From Nitrospina sp. UBA6727 (GTDB lineage Bacteria > Nitrospinota > Nitrospinia > Nitrospinales > VA-1), in assembly GCA_002454045.1 (NCBI GenBank), contig DKID01000004.1, positions 6,259-70,258 on the forward strand: a stretch of DNA of 64,000 nucleotides, in the 5' to 3' direction. Under the pieces are notes generated by a model. It searched no databases. It saw only the letters and a program-made list of their open reading frames with translations, and was not told the origin of the DNA. Position 1 is the stretch's first letter; each line of letters opens with the position of its first letter. The translations under genes and the position numbers were made by a program. Positions 31,302-40,582 of this stretch are shown piece by piece.

Positions 31302-32689
31302 TCATCGACACTCACGCGCATATTGATGGCGCCGATTACGACGAAGACCGCGAAGCAGTTATCGAGCGCGCCCGCGAAAATGGCGTCAAGTACATAGTCA
31401 ATGTCGGTTGCGATGTTGAAAGCAGTTATCGTTCGATGGAGTTGGCGGAGCAGTATGATTTTATGTACGCCACCGCCGGCGTCCACCCGCACGATGTTAA
31501 GTCCATCGACGCAAACACGTACGCCCACTTGCGGCAACTTTTGTTGCACCCGAAAGTAATTGCCCTCGGCGAAATTGGTCTCGACTTCTTCAAAAATTAT
31601 TCGCCGCAAGATGTCCAACGCGCTCACTTCCGCAACCAAATTCAGATGGCGCGCGAAATGAACAAGCCCATCATCATTCATTGTCGCGACGCCAACGAAA
31701 ACACCATCGCCATCCTCTCCGAGTTTTACCCGAAAGAACCAAACGCGCGGTCGGGAATTTTCCACTGTTTTTCTGGCGATCAAAAGTTGGCCGACAAAGC
31801 GTTGGAGATGGGATTTTATATTTCTTTTTCCGGGTCGGTAACATTCAAAAAAGCAGACAACCTGCGGGCGGTGGCGAAAACTATTCCCGCAGACCGACTG
31901 TTCGCCGAGACGGACTGCCCTTACCTGACGCCCGTCCCGCACCGCGGCAAACGCAACGAACCGGCGTATGTAAACTTCACCGTGGAAAAACTTGCGGAAA
32001 TCCGCGGACTAAAAATTGACGACGTGCAACGCACCATGGCTCTCAACTTTTTCGAACTTTTTGGAATTGGAGAAAATGCTAGCACCGGAACCATCTCGTA
32101 CAAAATCCGCAACTCACTTTATCTGAACCTGACGCAACGGTGCACGGCGGATTGCGTTTTCTGCACCCGTCTAACCAAGCCGGTCGTGCAAGGTTATAAC
32201 TTGGCGTTGCAACGAGAACCGTCCGCGCAAGAAGTGTGGGAGTCAATCGACGACGTTAAAAATTACGCCGAGGTTGTCTTCTGCGGATTCGGCGAGCCGA
32301 CGTTGCGGTTGGACGTCATCAAGGAAGTGGCGCGGAAAATAAAAGATGGCGGCGGGCGTGTGCGGCTCAACACCAACGGGCACGGCAACGTCATCAACAA
32401 GCGCAACATTCTTCCCGAGTTATCGGGACTGATCGATGAAATCTCGGTGAGCCTCAACGCCGATACTTCGGAAACCTACGACGAAATCTGCCAGCCTTTG
32501 CCCATGCTCAAAAACGGAATCTACGAAAAGATTAAAGAGTTCATCGCGGAAGCCAAGAAATATATTCCCGAAGTACAAGCCACCATCGTCACGCATCAAA
32601 AAGACGTGGACGAGACGAAGTGCGAAACCATCGTCAATGAAAAGTTCGGCGTGAAATATCGGGCGCGAAGATACAACATCGTCGGCTAA
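31298..32689 (+). CDS. TatD-family metal-dependent hydrolase fused to a C-terminal radical-SAM domain
   Basis: The N-terminal half is MIIDTHAHIDG..GEIGLDF..IIHCRDA..ETDCPYLTP (TatD). The C-terminal ~200 aa carries LTQRCTADCVFC (CxxxCxxC, nt 32141-32164) and ..FCGFGEPTL... Its start overlaps the metG stop as ATGA. Confidence 0.85.
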   Translation: MIIDTHAHIDGADYDEDREAVIERARENGVKYIVNVGCDVESSYRSMELAEQYDFMYATAGVHPHDVKSIDANTYAHLRQLLLHPKVIALGEIGLDFFKNYSPQDVQRAHFRNQIQMAREMNKPIIIHCRDANENTIAILSEFYPKEPNARSGIFHCFSGDQKLADKALEMGFYISFSGSVTFKKADNLRAVAKTIPADRLFAETDCPYLTPVPHRGKRNEPAYVNFTVEKLAEIRGLKIDDVQRTMALNFFELFGIGENASTGTISYKIRNSLYLNLTQRCTADCVFCTRLTKPVVQGYNLALQREPSAQEVWESIDDVKNYAEVVFCGFGEPTLRLDVIKEVARKIKDGGGRVRLNTNGHGNVINKRNILPELSGLIDEISVSLNADTSETYDEICQPLPMLKNGIYEKIKEFIAEAKKYIPEVQATIVTHQKDVDETKCETIVNEKFGVKYRARRYNIVG

Positions 32690-32796
32690 CTCATCACGCG
32701 GTCAGCGGCGCAACGGTGATGACGGCGGCGCGCGAAAATTTTTCAGCAGCGACGGTGCAGACGCCATCGCCACGTTCCTCGATTGGCATATTAAAA

Positions 32797-33246
32797 ATGA
32801 ACGACATCGACCATCCCGACAGTCCGCAAGAAAAAAATAATTCCGCAGCGCGGCGCGGGCTTGGGTGGGTGTCGCTGGGCGCGGGTCTTGCTGGGTTGAG
32901 CGTCATGCTCGGCGCGTTCGGCGCGCATTCTTTAAAGGCGCACTTGGTGGAAAAAAAACTCGCCACCTTCCACACCGCCACCGACTACCTCGGTTATCAC
33001 GCTTTAGGGCTGGTCGCCATCGGCGTTCTCATATATTTGCTCGGCGGGAAAACTGCTCGCAAGTTGCGATGGTCTGCCGTTTGGATGAGTGCTGGAATCG
33101 TTTTCTTCTGCGGCAGTTTGTTCGGACTGGTGTTTGACGGTCCGCGGTTTCTCGGTCCCATCACTCCGCTGGGCGGATTCTGCTTTATGGTCGGCTGGTT
33201 CACGTTGGCTTTCGCTTTGCTGAAACACGAACGGCGCAGCGAGTAG
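32797..33246 (+). CDS. DUF423 (YgdD/TMEM256-like) membrane protein
   Basis: ..GLAGLSVMLGAFGAHSLK..TATDYLGYHALGLV.. is present. ATG 32797 is preferred over the track start 32716. Confidence 0.75.
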   Translation: MNDIDHPDSPQEKNNSAARRGLGWVSLGAGLAGLSVMLGAFGAHSLKAHLVEKKLATFHTATDYLGYHALGLVAIGVLIYLLGGKTARKLRWSAVWMSAGIVFFCGSLFGLVFDGPRFLGPITPLGGFCFMVGWFTLAFALLKHERRSE

Positions 33247-33277
33247 CCGCGCGCCTTTTGCGGTCGCCGTTGTTCGT

Positions 33278-34279
33278 CTAGGGAAGGACGGGCAGTGTCA
33301 CTAAAATTGGTTCTCCGTCCAGGGCTTTCAAAAACTCCACCAAATCTTTTTTCTCCTGACTGCTTAGTTCTAGCGGAGTGATGAACGGACTCAAGTTTTC
33401 CTTCGTATTCCCGCCGTAGTCGTAGAGGTTGATCACGTCTGTCAACGTGGCTACGGTTCCATTGTGCATATAAGGAGCGGACTTGGTAATGTCCCGCAAC
33501 CCCGGCGTCTTGAAGGCTCCCTTGTCGAAGTCATCTTTGCTTTCGTTGTAGCGTCCTAAGTCGGATTTCAATGGTCCCGCGGCACTGACGCCGATGTTAT
33601 GAAATCCGCTGTCGGTGAACGCCGGACCATTGTGGCAGATGGAACATTTGGCTTTACCAAAAAACAGTTCCATCCCATTCACCGCGGAAGCGGACATCGC
33701 GCTTTTGTCCCCCGCCCAATATTTATCGTAACTGGAATTTTTAGAAACTATCGAGCGTTCAAAGGTGGCAATCGCTTTGGCAATGTTATCCACAGTCAAC
33801 GAGTCTTTTCCGAAGACCGCGTCGAAACGATTTACATAACCGGGAAGGGCTTTCAATTCGCGAACCAACTCGTCGAAGTTCTGATTCATTTCATCGGGCG
33901 CGGCGATGGGTCCGCTCGCTTGCTCTTCTAGTGATTTTGCGCGACCATCCCACATTTGCAATTCGAAATAACCACTGTTGATTACCGTCGGCGCGTGTCG
34001 GCCCAACTCCTTTTGGCCATTGCCTAAGGAGCGGGGAAGACCGTCGCTCCAGCCTAATCCGGGATTGTGGCAAGTAGCGCAACTGATCCAGTTGCTGCCA
34101 GAAAGTCGCGGGTCAAAATAAAGCATCTTCCCCAACTCTTCTTTTTCTTGCGACCATGCATTGTCAGCGGGATGCTTCATTTCCGGGACGGGGTCGTAGA
34201 ATGAATCTTCTTCGGCAAAAATTCCAACGGGGGAAAAACTAACTGCACAAAAAATTGCGATGAGCCAAGCGCGTTTCAT
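33278..34279 (-). CDS. Di-haem cytochrome c peroxidase (CcpA/MauG family), periplasmic
   Basis: It has a signal peptide and two CxxCH motifs (CATCHNPGLGWSDG, CSICHNGPAFTD), plus ..PGLRDI..APYMHNG... Confidence 0.9.
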   Translation of the reverse strand: MKRAWLIAIFCAVSFSPVGIFAEEDSFYDPVPEMKHPADNAWSQEKEELGKMLYFDPRLSGSNWISCATCHNPGLGWSDGLPRSLGNGQKELGRHAPTVINSGYFELQMWDGRAKSLEEQASGPIAAPDEMNQNFDELVRELKALPGYVNRFDAVFGKDSLTVDNIAKAIATFERSIVSKNSSYDKYWAGDKSAMSASAVNGMELFFGKAKCSICHNGPAFTDSGFHNIGVSAAGPLKSDLGRYNESKDDFDKGAFKTPGLRDITKSAPYMHNGTVATLTDVINLYDYGGNTKENLSPFITPLELSSQEKKDLVEFLKALDGEPILVTLPVLP

Positions 34280-34336
34280 AAAATAATTCTCCTGATTAAA
34301 CTTTTTTGTTACGGGTTATTGTGTTCTGGAAATATA

Positions 34337-34804
34337 TTAATGACAACTTCCGAGTCCGCGTTTTTCCAAATATTTCTGGTGATAATCTTCCGCCGCGTAG
34401 TATTTCGCCGCCGGAGTAATTTCCGTGACGATGGCGGAATGAAAACGCCTCGACTCGTCAGCCTTCGCCTTCGACGCTTCTGCGGAGGCTTGCTGCTCTG
34501 GGGAATGATAAAAAATTGCGGAGCGATACTGCGTTCCTCTATCGGGACCTTGCCGGTTTAATGTCGTGGGGTCGTGGCAACTCCACAACACATTGAGCAA
34601 CTCTTCATACGAAACGACGGCGGAGTCAAATTCAACTCGAACCACTTCGGCGTGCCCGGAACGTCCGGTGCAAACTTGTTCGTAAGTTGGGTCTTCAGTT
34701 GTCCCGCCCGCGTAACCCACCGAGGTGGAGATGACCCCCGCCGTTTTTTGAAAAGTCAATTCCACTCCCCAGAAACATCCCGCGCCGAAAGTAGCGACCG
34801 CCAT
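34337..34804 (-). CDS. msrA: Peptide methionine-(S)-S-oxide reductase
   Basis: ATFGAGCFWGVE..GYAGG..GHAEVV..DP..NRQG.D.G.QYRS is present. Confidence 0.95.
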   Translation of the reverse strand: MAVATFGAGCFWGVELTFQKTAGVISTSVGYAGGTTEDPTYEQVCTGRSGHAEVVRVEFDSAVVSYEELLNVLWSCHDPTTLNRQGPDRGTQYRSAIFYHSPEQQASAEASKAKADESRRFHSAIVTEITPAAKYYAAEDYHQKYLEKRGLGSCH

Positions 34805-34819
34805 ATTCTTCCCTCCTCC

Positions 34820-34993
34820 TTAACCGCGACTTCGGTTATAAAATCTGTAGCAATAGCCCAGAAGAATTATGACCGCGAACGCCAAGACGGTGAAATGAAA
34901 TTTGTATTCGACGGAATACCAACTCGGAGAAAAACGCACCGTGCCGTTAATCTTGCGGGAATAATGCTTCAACGCTTCGCCGTATTCTATCAT
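34820..34993 (-). CDS. Possible small membrane protein (57 aa). It is below the ORF-track size cut-off.
   Basis: My own translation is MIEYGEALKHYSRKINGTVRFSPSWYSVEYKFHFTVLAFAVIILLGYCYRFYNRSRG*. It has one hydrophobic helix. Its TAA stop sits inside the msrA RBS (TAAGGAGG). I recognise no family. Confidence 0.3.
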   Translation of the reverse strand: MIEYGEALKHYSRKINGTVRFSPSWYSVEYKFHFTVLAFAVIILLGYCYRFYNRSRG

Positions 34994-35200
34994 CAAGTGA
35001 ACGGGGAACCGATCTTGCCCGTGATTTTCCTTCCGAAAAACGCAACATGAAATTTATCTTAACATTCCGCCGACCGCAGGAACAACCAGCAAAAACTTTT
35101 CGCGCCGCGCCGTGCCACCGACCGCGGCAGAGAATTTTGGACGCCGGCGCGAAAAATTGTTATCATCCGCAATGGTCCAAACTTCAATAGGAGAATCGTC

Positions 35201-35947
35201 ATGGATGTTCTAATAATCCTGCTGGTATTGCTCGCCTTGCTAATGTTCAGCACGTTCAAAGTTTTGCGCGAATACGAAAGAGGTGTGATTTTTTTATTCG
35301 GAAGATTCTGGAAAGTGAAAGGTCCGGGAATCATCATCGTCATCCCCGGAGTCCAAAAAATGGTCAAGGTAAGTTTGCGCACGGTGGTCATGGATGTGCC
35401 GCCGCAGGACATCATCACCAAAGATAACGTCACCGTGAAAGTCAACGCCGTCATCTATTTTCGCGTGGTGGATTCCAGAAAAGCGATCATCGAAGTGGAA
35501 GACTATCTTTACGCAACTTCCCAACTTTCGCAAACTACTTTGCGGAGTATTCTCGGACAGAGCACGCTGGACGATTTGTTGTCCAATCGGGAAGACATCA
35601 ACGCGCATCTGCAAAGAGTCATCGATGAACAAACCGAACCGTGGGGAGTGAAAGTCGCCAACGTAGAAGTCAAGAACGTTGACCTGCCGCAAGAAATGCA
35701 ACGCGCCCTGGCGAAGCAGGCAGAAGCCGAGCGCGAAAGGCGCGCCAAGGTCATCAACGCGCAAGGCGAGTTTGAAGCGGCGCAGAAAACTTGCGACGCC
35801 GCCGACCTTATCGGCGCGCATCCTCCCGCTTTGCAGTTACGCTTTTTCCAAACTTTGCTCGACCTTTCTTCCGGCGAGGGGACGCACACTTATCTCCCCA
35901 TCCCGATTGAATTGTTCGACTCGCTTCGCAAAGGGAAAGACGCTTAG
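35201..35947 (+). CDS. SPFH/band-7 (stomatin/QmcA-like) membrane protein
   Basis: An N-terminal TM segment is followed by ..[50 protein letters not shown].. and a C-terminal AEAERERRA coiled coil. Confidence 0.9.
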   Translation: MDVLIILLVLLALLMFSTFKVLREYERGVIFLFGRFWKVKGPGIIIVIPGVQKMVKVSLRTVVMDVPPQDIITKDNVTVKVNAVIYFRVVDSRKAIIEVEDYLYATSQLSQTTLRSILGQSTLDDLLSNREDINAHLQRVIDEQTEPWGVKVANVEVKNVDLPQEMQRALAKQAEAERERRAKVINAQGEFEAAQKTCDAADLIGAHPPALQLRFFQTLLDLSSGEGTHTYLPIPIELFDSLRKGKDA

Positions 35948-35962
35948 GCGCGCGGCGCGAAA

Positions 35963-37084
35963 CTAAGGGCGCAAAAGGTGAATCAAATTTCCCGCGGCGT
36001 AAACGCGGACGACCGCCAAAGAATCTTGCAACAACTCCACCAATATCGGGAAAGCCTCCGCGCCGCCCATCATCCCTACCGCTCGCACCGCCGCCGTGCG
36101 AACCCGAGAGTGGTCGTCCCGCAACGCCGTCTTCAGCAGACTTACGCGGCCGAGAATTTTCGTTTCTCCCAAAACCCGCGCGGTGGCACTACGCACGCCA
36201 AAGTCAGGATGCCGCAACAAATCCGCAAACACGTTCTGGCAAGAGTCGGAATCCATGCGGCTCAACGCCACCGCCGCCGCGAGCCTCACCATCCCGTCAT
36301 CGTCCACGCATAAGGGAAGCAAATCCGACTGCGCCGCGCGAAGGTTGCCCATCGCCAACGCCGCCGCGTACCGAACTGACGCGTTGTCCCGCGCGATCAA
36401 TTCCCTGAGTTTCGGCAACATTTCCGCCGTGGCTTTTCCCGCGACCGCTTTCAAACTGTAGAACACCATCTCCGGTTCCGCGTGGTCAAACAACTTCGCC
36501 AGATGCGGCAAAACTTCGCGGGTGCCAATCTTGCCAAGGTATCCAATCGCCTGATACCTACGGTCGGCGACGGGATGCGTAAGCGGCGCCAACACGTTTT
36601 GAAGATATTTTTTTTCGCCGCGCTTGACCAGTCCCGACGAAGCCGCCATGCGCATCGGCACGTCGTAAGATTTTAGAAACGCGCGCACTTCATCCACCGC
36701 GTCGGGTCCGCCTTCATCGCCAAGTATTTCAACCGCCGCGCTGCGAACCCAGATGTCGGCGTCGTCCGTCATCCTGCGCGCCGCCCGCAACACATCGGCG
36801 CGGGAAACTTTTTGCAATCCTTGCAACGCAAACAAGCGCGCCGTCGGATAAACATCTTCCGTCGCCGCGTTGAGCAACGGGACGAGTTGCGCGTCGCGGG
36901 ATTCCCCCGCCGCCCGCGCCGCGGCGGCTCTCACAAACGCTTGCTCATTTTTATAGGCGTTGCGCAAAACCGCCACGCTGGTTGCGCGGATTTTCTCGAC
37001 CACCGCGGCGGTTGGGGAGTCGGCAAATCCCATCGCGGGGACGGCGAAAAGAACCAGCAGGCAAGCCGCCGTTGGACGCGTCAT
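35963..37084 (-). CDS. HEAT/PBS-lyase-repeat protein with a signal peptide
   Basis: Repeated ..VR.AAA.ALG.. units are present. ATG 37084 overlaps the upstream GT2 stop as ATGA. The leader is MTRPTAACLLVLFAVPAMGFA. Confidence 0.75.
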   Translation of the reverse strand: MTRPTAACLLVLFAVPAMGFADSPTAAVVEKIRATSVAVLRNAYKNEQAFVRAAAARAAGESRDAQLVPLLNAATEDVYPTARLFALQGLQKVSRADVLRAARRMTDDADIWVRSAAVEILGDEGGPDAVDEVRAFLKSYDVPMRMAASSGLVKRGEKKYLQNVLAPLTHPVADRRYQAIGYLGKIGTREVLPHLAKLFDHAEPEMVFYSLKAVAGKATAEMLPKLRELIARDNASVRYAAALAMGNLRAAQSDLLPLCVDDDGMVRLAAAVALSRMDSDSCQNVFADLLRHPDFGVRSATARVLGETKILGRVSLLKTALRDDHSRVRTAAVRAVGMMGGAEAFPILVELLQDSLAVVRVYAAGNLIHLLRP

Positions 37085-37932
37085 CGACGAGGCTCCGCCA
37101 CGCAACGCGAATATCCGGCGATTAAGTTTTGATAATATTTTTTCTCGCGATTTTTACCGCGCTTGCCGAAGCCGTGAATAAGGATTTCGCATTTTTCAAT
37201 CATCATCGTCACGACGCGGTTTCGTTGCTCGTCGTCCAGTTGGTTTTCTTGCAACAATTTTTCCAGCGCGAAAACCCGCCAGCGATCCATCCCCCAATAT
37301 TTGCGCGACAACTGGTCGTCGTGTCCGCCGCGTTTGGTGATTAATTTTTCGTCGATGCAATGGAACGGATAACGTTGCGCGATGCGTAGCCACAAATCAT
37401 AATCTTCGCACACCCGCATGGACTCATCGAAGCCGCCGATGTTGCTCAACATTTTTGTGCGCAGCAACACCGACGACGGGCTGACGATGCACAACGGCAA
37501 ACAATATTGAAAAACATCGCCGGAATATTTTCGGTGCTTGTTCGCCGGGTTCACCCGCGTCCCGTTGCGAATCCATATCTCGTCCGTATAAACCACTTGC
37601 GAATCCGGGCGGCGTTCCATCCATTTGATTTGCGCCGCCAACTTGCGCGGTTCCCACAAATCGTCCGAGTCGAGAAACGCGATGTAGTTTCCGCGCGCCG
37701 CCACCACGCCGCGGTTGCGGGCAAAAGAGACGCCGCGGTTTTTCTCCAGCCGAATTAGTTTTACCGCGGGGAACCGTCCCACCAAAACGGCGGTGTCGTC
37801 CGTGGAGCCGTCATCCACCACGATCAATTCAAAGTCGGCGAAACTTTGCGCCAGAACGGAGCGGAGCGAATCCTCCAAACAATAACCTCTGTTGAATGTT
37901 GGGATGATGACGGAGACCAGCGGTTTCGACAT
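37081..37932 (-). CDS. Family-2 glycosyltransferase
   Basis: VSVIIPTFNRGYCLEDSLRSVLAQSFADFELIVVDDGSTDDT and ..FLDSDD.. are present. ATG 37932 is preferred over the track start 38130. Confidence 0.85.
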   Translation of the reverse strand: MSKPLVSVIIPTFNRGYCLEDSLRSVLAQSFADFELIVVDDGSTDDTAVLVGRFPAVKLIRLEKNRGVSFARNRGVVAARGNYIAFLDSDDLWEPRKLAAQIKWMERRPDSQVVYTDEIWIRNGTRVNPANKHRKYSGDVFQYCLPLCIVSPSSVLLRTKMLSNIGGFDESMRVCEDYDLWLRIAQRYPFHCIDEKLITKRGGHDDQLSRKYWGMDRWRVFALEKLLQENQLDDEQRNRVVTMMIEKCEILIHGFGKRGKNREKKYYQNLIAGYSRCVAEPRR

Positions 37933-38157
37933 TATTTTTTGCGCGTTGCATGACGACGAGTTCAGCCCGCGGTAATCGCGTCCGCGAACGCCGCAAACCG
38001 TTGCCGTCAAAATTAAAGAACGCAAGCATATCACAGCCGCCGCCGCGCCATAAATGCCTTGACAAAGCGCCGCGGTTTTCATAACAATGATTGTTTTGTG
38101 TAAGGGAGCGGATTTAAAAACAGCGGGCAACGGCGCGGTTCACTACTCAGGTTTGCT

Positions 38158-39171
38158 ATGGAATTCGAAGACGTTACGCAAGATTTAAAAAGCGATCTCG
38201 CCAGGGTTGAAGAGGCGATAAGTCAGAACTATAAATCAGATGTGCCGCTCATTCCGGGCATCAGTTCCTACCTGATGAGTTGCGGCGGCAAGCGCATCCG
38301 CCCCATGCTCGTCCTTCTCGCCGCCAAACTTTGCGGGCGCGAAACCGATGACACCGTTGTCAAACACGGGTGCGCCATTGAGTACCTTCACGCCGCTACT
38401 TTGCTCCACGACGACGTGGTGGACGAGACGACGGTTCGGCGCGGGAAAGAAACCGTCAACGCCAAGTGGGGGAGCGACGCCAGCATTCTCGTCGGCGACT
38501 TTCTCATCTCCCGCGCCATCCTAATTTTGGCGAAAGACTGCGAGCGCAAAATCATCCAAGCCGTCACCGAAGCGACGAAAGTTCTCGTCGAAGGCGGCAT
38601 CTTCGAATACACCGAAGCCCGCAACATAGAAGTTGGCGAACGGCACATCCTCAACGTCATCTACCGCAAAACTTCGTCCATGATTTCCGTCAGCGCGCGA
38701 CTCGGATGCCTGCTCGCCAACGCGACCGAGCAACAAGAAACCGCCATCATTTCCTTCGGCGACGATTTCGGCATGGCTTTTCAATTGATGGATGACGCGC
38801 TCGACTACGACGCCGATGAAGCTCTGCTAGGGAAACCGCCGGGGACAGATTTTAAGGAAGGCCACGTCACTCTGCCGTTGCATCATCTTTATAACAATGC
38901 AGACCGGCCGCTGAAAAAAGAAATCGAAGCCTTCATCAAAAACGAAAACATCACGGAAAAAGATTTGCGATACATCGTCGGACAAATGCATCAACATAAA
39001 TCCATCGACTACACCCTGAACCTCGCCTGCTTCTACAGCGACCGCGCCAAATCGCATCTCAAAAAAGCCGACTTCCCGGCGCCGCAATATCTTGAGCACC
39101 TCACCGCCGTGGCAGATTATATTTGCAGTCGGCACGCAGGAAGCAGCACCGCGGCTCTATCGCCAAAGTGA
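38158..39171 (+). CDS. Long-chain polyprenyl-diphosphate synthase (IspB/HepT-like)
   Basis: Two Asp-rich motifs are present (LLHDDVVDE and QLMDDALDY), along with ..GKRIRP... Confidence 0.9.
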   Translation: MEFEDVTQDLKSDLARVEEAISQNYKSDVPLIPGISSYLMSCGGKRIRPMLVLLAAKLCGRETDDTVVKHGCAIEYLHAATLLHDDVVDETTVRRGKETVNAKWGSDASILVGDFLISRAILILAKDCERKIIQAVTEATKVLVEGGIFEYTEARNIEVGERHILNVIYRKTSSMISVSARLGCLLANATEQQETAIISFGDDFGMAFQLMDDALDYDADEALLGKPPGTDFKEGHVTLPLHHLYNNADRPLKKEIEAFIKNENITEKDLRYIVGQMHQHKSIDYTLNLACFYSDRAKSHLKKADFPAPQYLEHLTAVADYICSRHAGSSTAALSPK

Positions 39172-40547
39172 AAACCATTACATCCCTTAAAAAATGCGGC
39201 GCGATTTTTCTGGCGTGTTGCCTGTTGCTGCTTTTTAGTTGCCCGATAGTTTTTGCGACTTCCGACGACGACGCAAAATCTCACTATCAAGAAGCAATGA
39301 AACTGAGTCGGCAACAGAAGTGGAACGACGCCATCGCCACGTTCACGAAAGCCGCCGAACTCGCGCCGCAAGACGGATTGATTCAAGCGAACCTCGGCGT
39401 CGCCTTCAGTCAAACGGGAATGCACAAGGAAGCCCTGCTCTCCTTCGAAAAAGCTTTGCGGCTGGGGTATGACTCTCCCGGCTTGCGTTACAACCGCGGA
39501 GTTTCCTTCGCCCGCGTCAAGTTGCTGGACGAGGCTGTGCGGGAATTGGAGACGGCGTTGAACATGGACCGCAGAATGGTGAAAGCGGAATATGATCTTG
39601 GGGTTGTATACAATTTGCGGGGAGAACGCGGGAAGGCGTTAGACAAAGTTGAAACTTTGTTCAAGAGAAATAATAAACTTTCGAAAAAACTATTTGACCA
39701 GATTGCATCCGATTACAAGGTCGTTTCCGTGGACGACGGCGGAACTTTGAAGGGCCGCGTCACGCTTTCCGGGCGAGTTCCCAAGGCTCGTTCTTTCCAT
39801 CTAATCCACTCGCCGAACATCGAATTCTGCGCGAGGATATCGGATGGAAAAGGTCACCGACTGCTGTTCGATTTCACCGTTTCACACAATCGAGGACTGA
39901 AAGATACCATCATCTATTTGGCGAACGTTGAAAAAGGGAAACCGTTTTCGCCGAAAATGCAAACCTTTCACATCGACCGTTGCCGAGCCAACCGTTACGT
40001 AATCGGCGCCAAAAACGGCGAGAACATTTTGTTGGAAAATACAGACCCCGTCCAGCACGAGATAGTTACTTATGAAATCCGCAACATTTATTCGGACCAG
40101 ACCAGCAACCGTCCGCTTCCCGAAAAATCTAGTCAGATGCGAAATGTTTTTGTGCGCAACGACGCGGAGGAATTCATCATCAAATGCAATCTCCATCCCT
40201 TCATCCAAACCCACGCGTATCTGGTGCAAAATCCTTATTACACGGTTTCGGATTCGGACGGCAACTTCAGCATCGCAAATATTCTCCCTGGCGACTACGA
40301 GGTGATCGCGTGGCATCCTTATATTCCGGAGCAAAGAGCGCGGGTCACCATTCCCGAAAAGGGCGAAGCCAATCTGAATTTTGATTTTAAGGGAGAGGAC
40401 GAAAGAAGAAAGTTGTATCAGGATGATATCGAAGGCTATCGATTCAACACTTGGTTTTCCAGTAAGAAAAAATTTTACGGCGGCCCGAGGATTGATGACC
40501 CCGTCGAAGAGTTGCAGGCATTTTGCGATGAAGACCACCTGTGCTGA
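39168..40547 (+). CDS. Secreted TPR-repeat protein fused to an amicyanin-like cupredoxin and a CarboxypepD_reg-like beta-sandwich module (paralogue A)
   Basis: GTG 39168 overlaps the upstream TGA stop as GTGA. The leader is KTITSLKKCGAIFLACCLLLLFSCPIVFA, followed by TPR-like repeats (res ~52-175 of the track ORF). The C-terminal half aligns with ORFs 53197 and 56823: ..GTLKGRV..PNIEFCA..GLKD..GKPF..NTDPVQHE..CNLHPFI..VQNPYYTVSDSDGNFSI..LPGDYEVIAWH. Confidence 0.7.
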   Translation: MKTITSLKKCGAIFLACCLLLLFSCPIVFATSDDDAKSHYQEAMKLSRQQKWNDAIATFTKAAELAPQDGLIQANLGVAFSQTGMHKEALLSFEKALRLGYDSPGLRYNRGVSFARVKLLDEAVRELETALNMDRRMVKAEYDLGVVYNLRGERGKALDKVETLFKRNNKLSKKLFDQIASDYKVVSVDDGGTLKGRVTLSGRVPKARSFHLIHSPNIEFCARISDGKGHRLLFDFTVSHNRGLKDTIIYLANVEKGKPFSPKMQTFHIDRCRANRYVIGAKNGENILLENTDPVQHEIVTYEIRNIYSDQTSNRPLPEKSSQMRNVFVRNDAEEFIIKCNLHPFIQTHAYLVQNPYYTVSDSDGNFSIANILPGDYEVIAWHPYIPEQRARVTIPEKGEANLNFDFKGEDERRKLYQDDIEGYRFNTWFSSKKKFYGGPRIDDPVEELQAFCDEDHLC

Positions 40548-40582
40548 TAGCCGACGGCCATAAACAATTCCGTCGCCCGCTG

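Noticed and set aside
31268-31942. 224-aa minus-strand ORF.
   Set aside because: It is antisense to the TatD domain, whose motifs are clear on the plus strand.
35059-35454. 131-aa minus-strand ORF overlapping the start of the SPFH gene.
   Set aside because: It overlaps a well-supported gene by about 250 nt and has a Thr/Met-rich odd composition, no RBS and no motif.
39882-40538. 218-aa minus-strand ORF.
   Set aside because: It is antisense to paralogue A, whose frame is validated by alignment to two paralogues elsewhere in the window.
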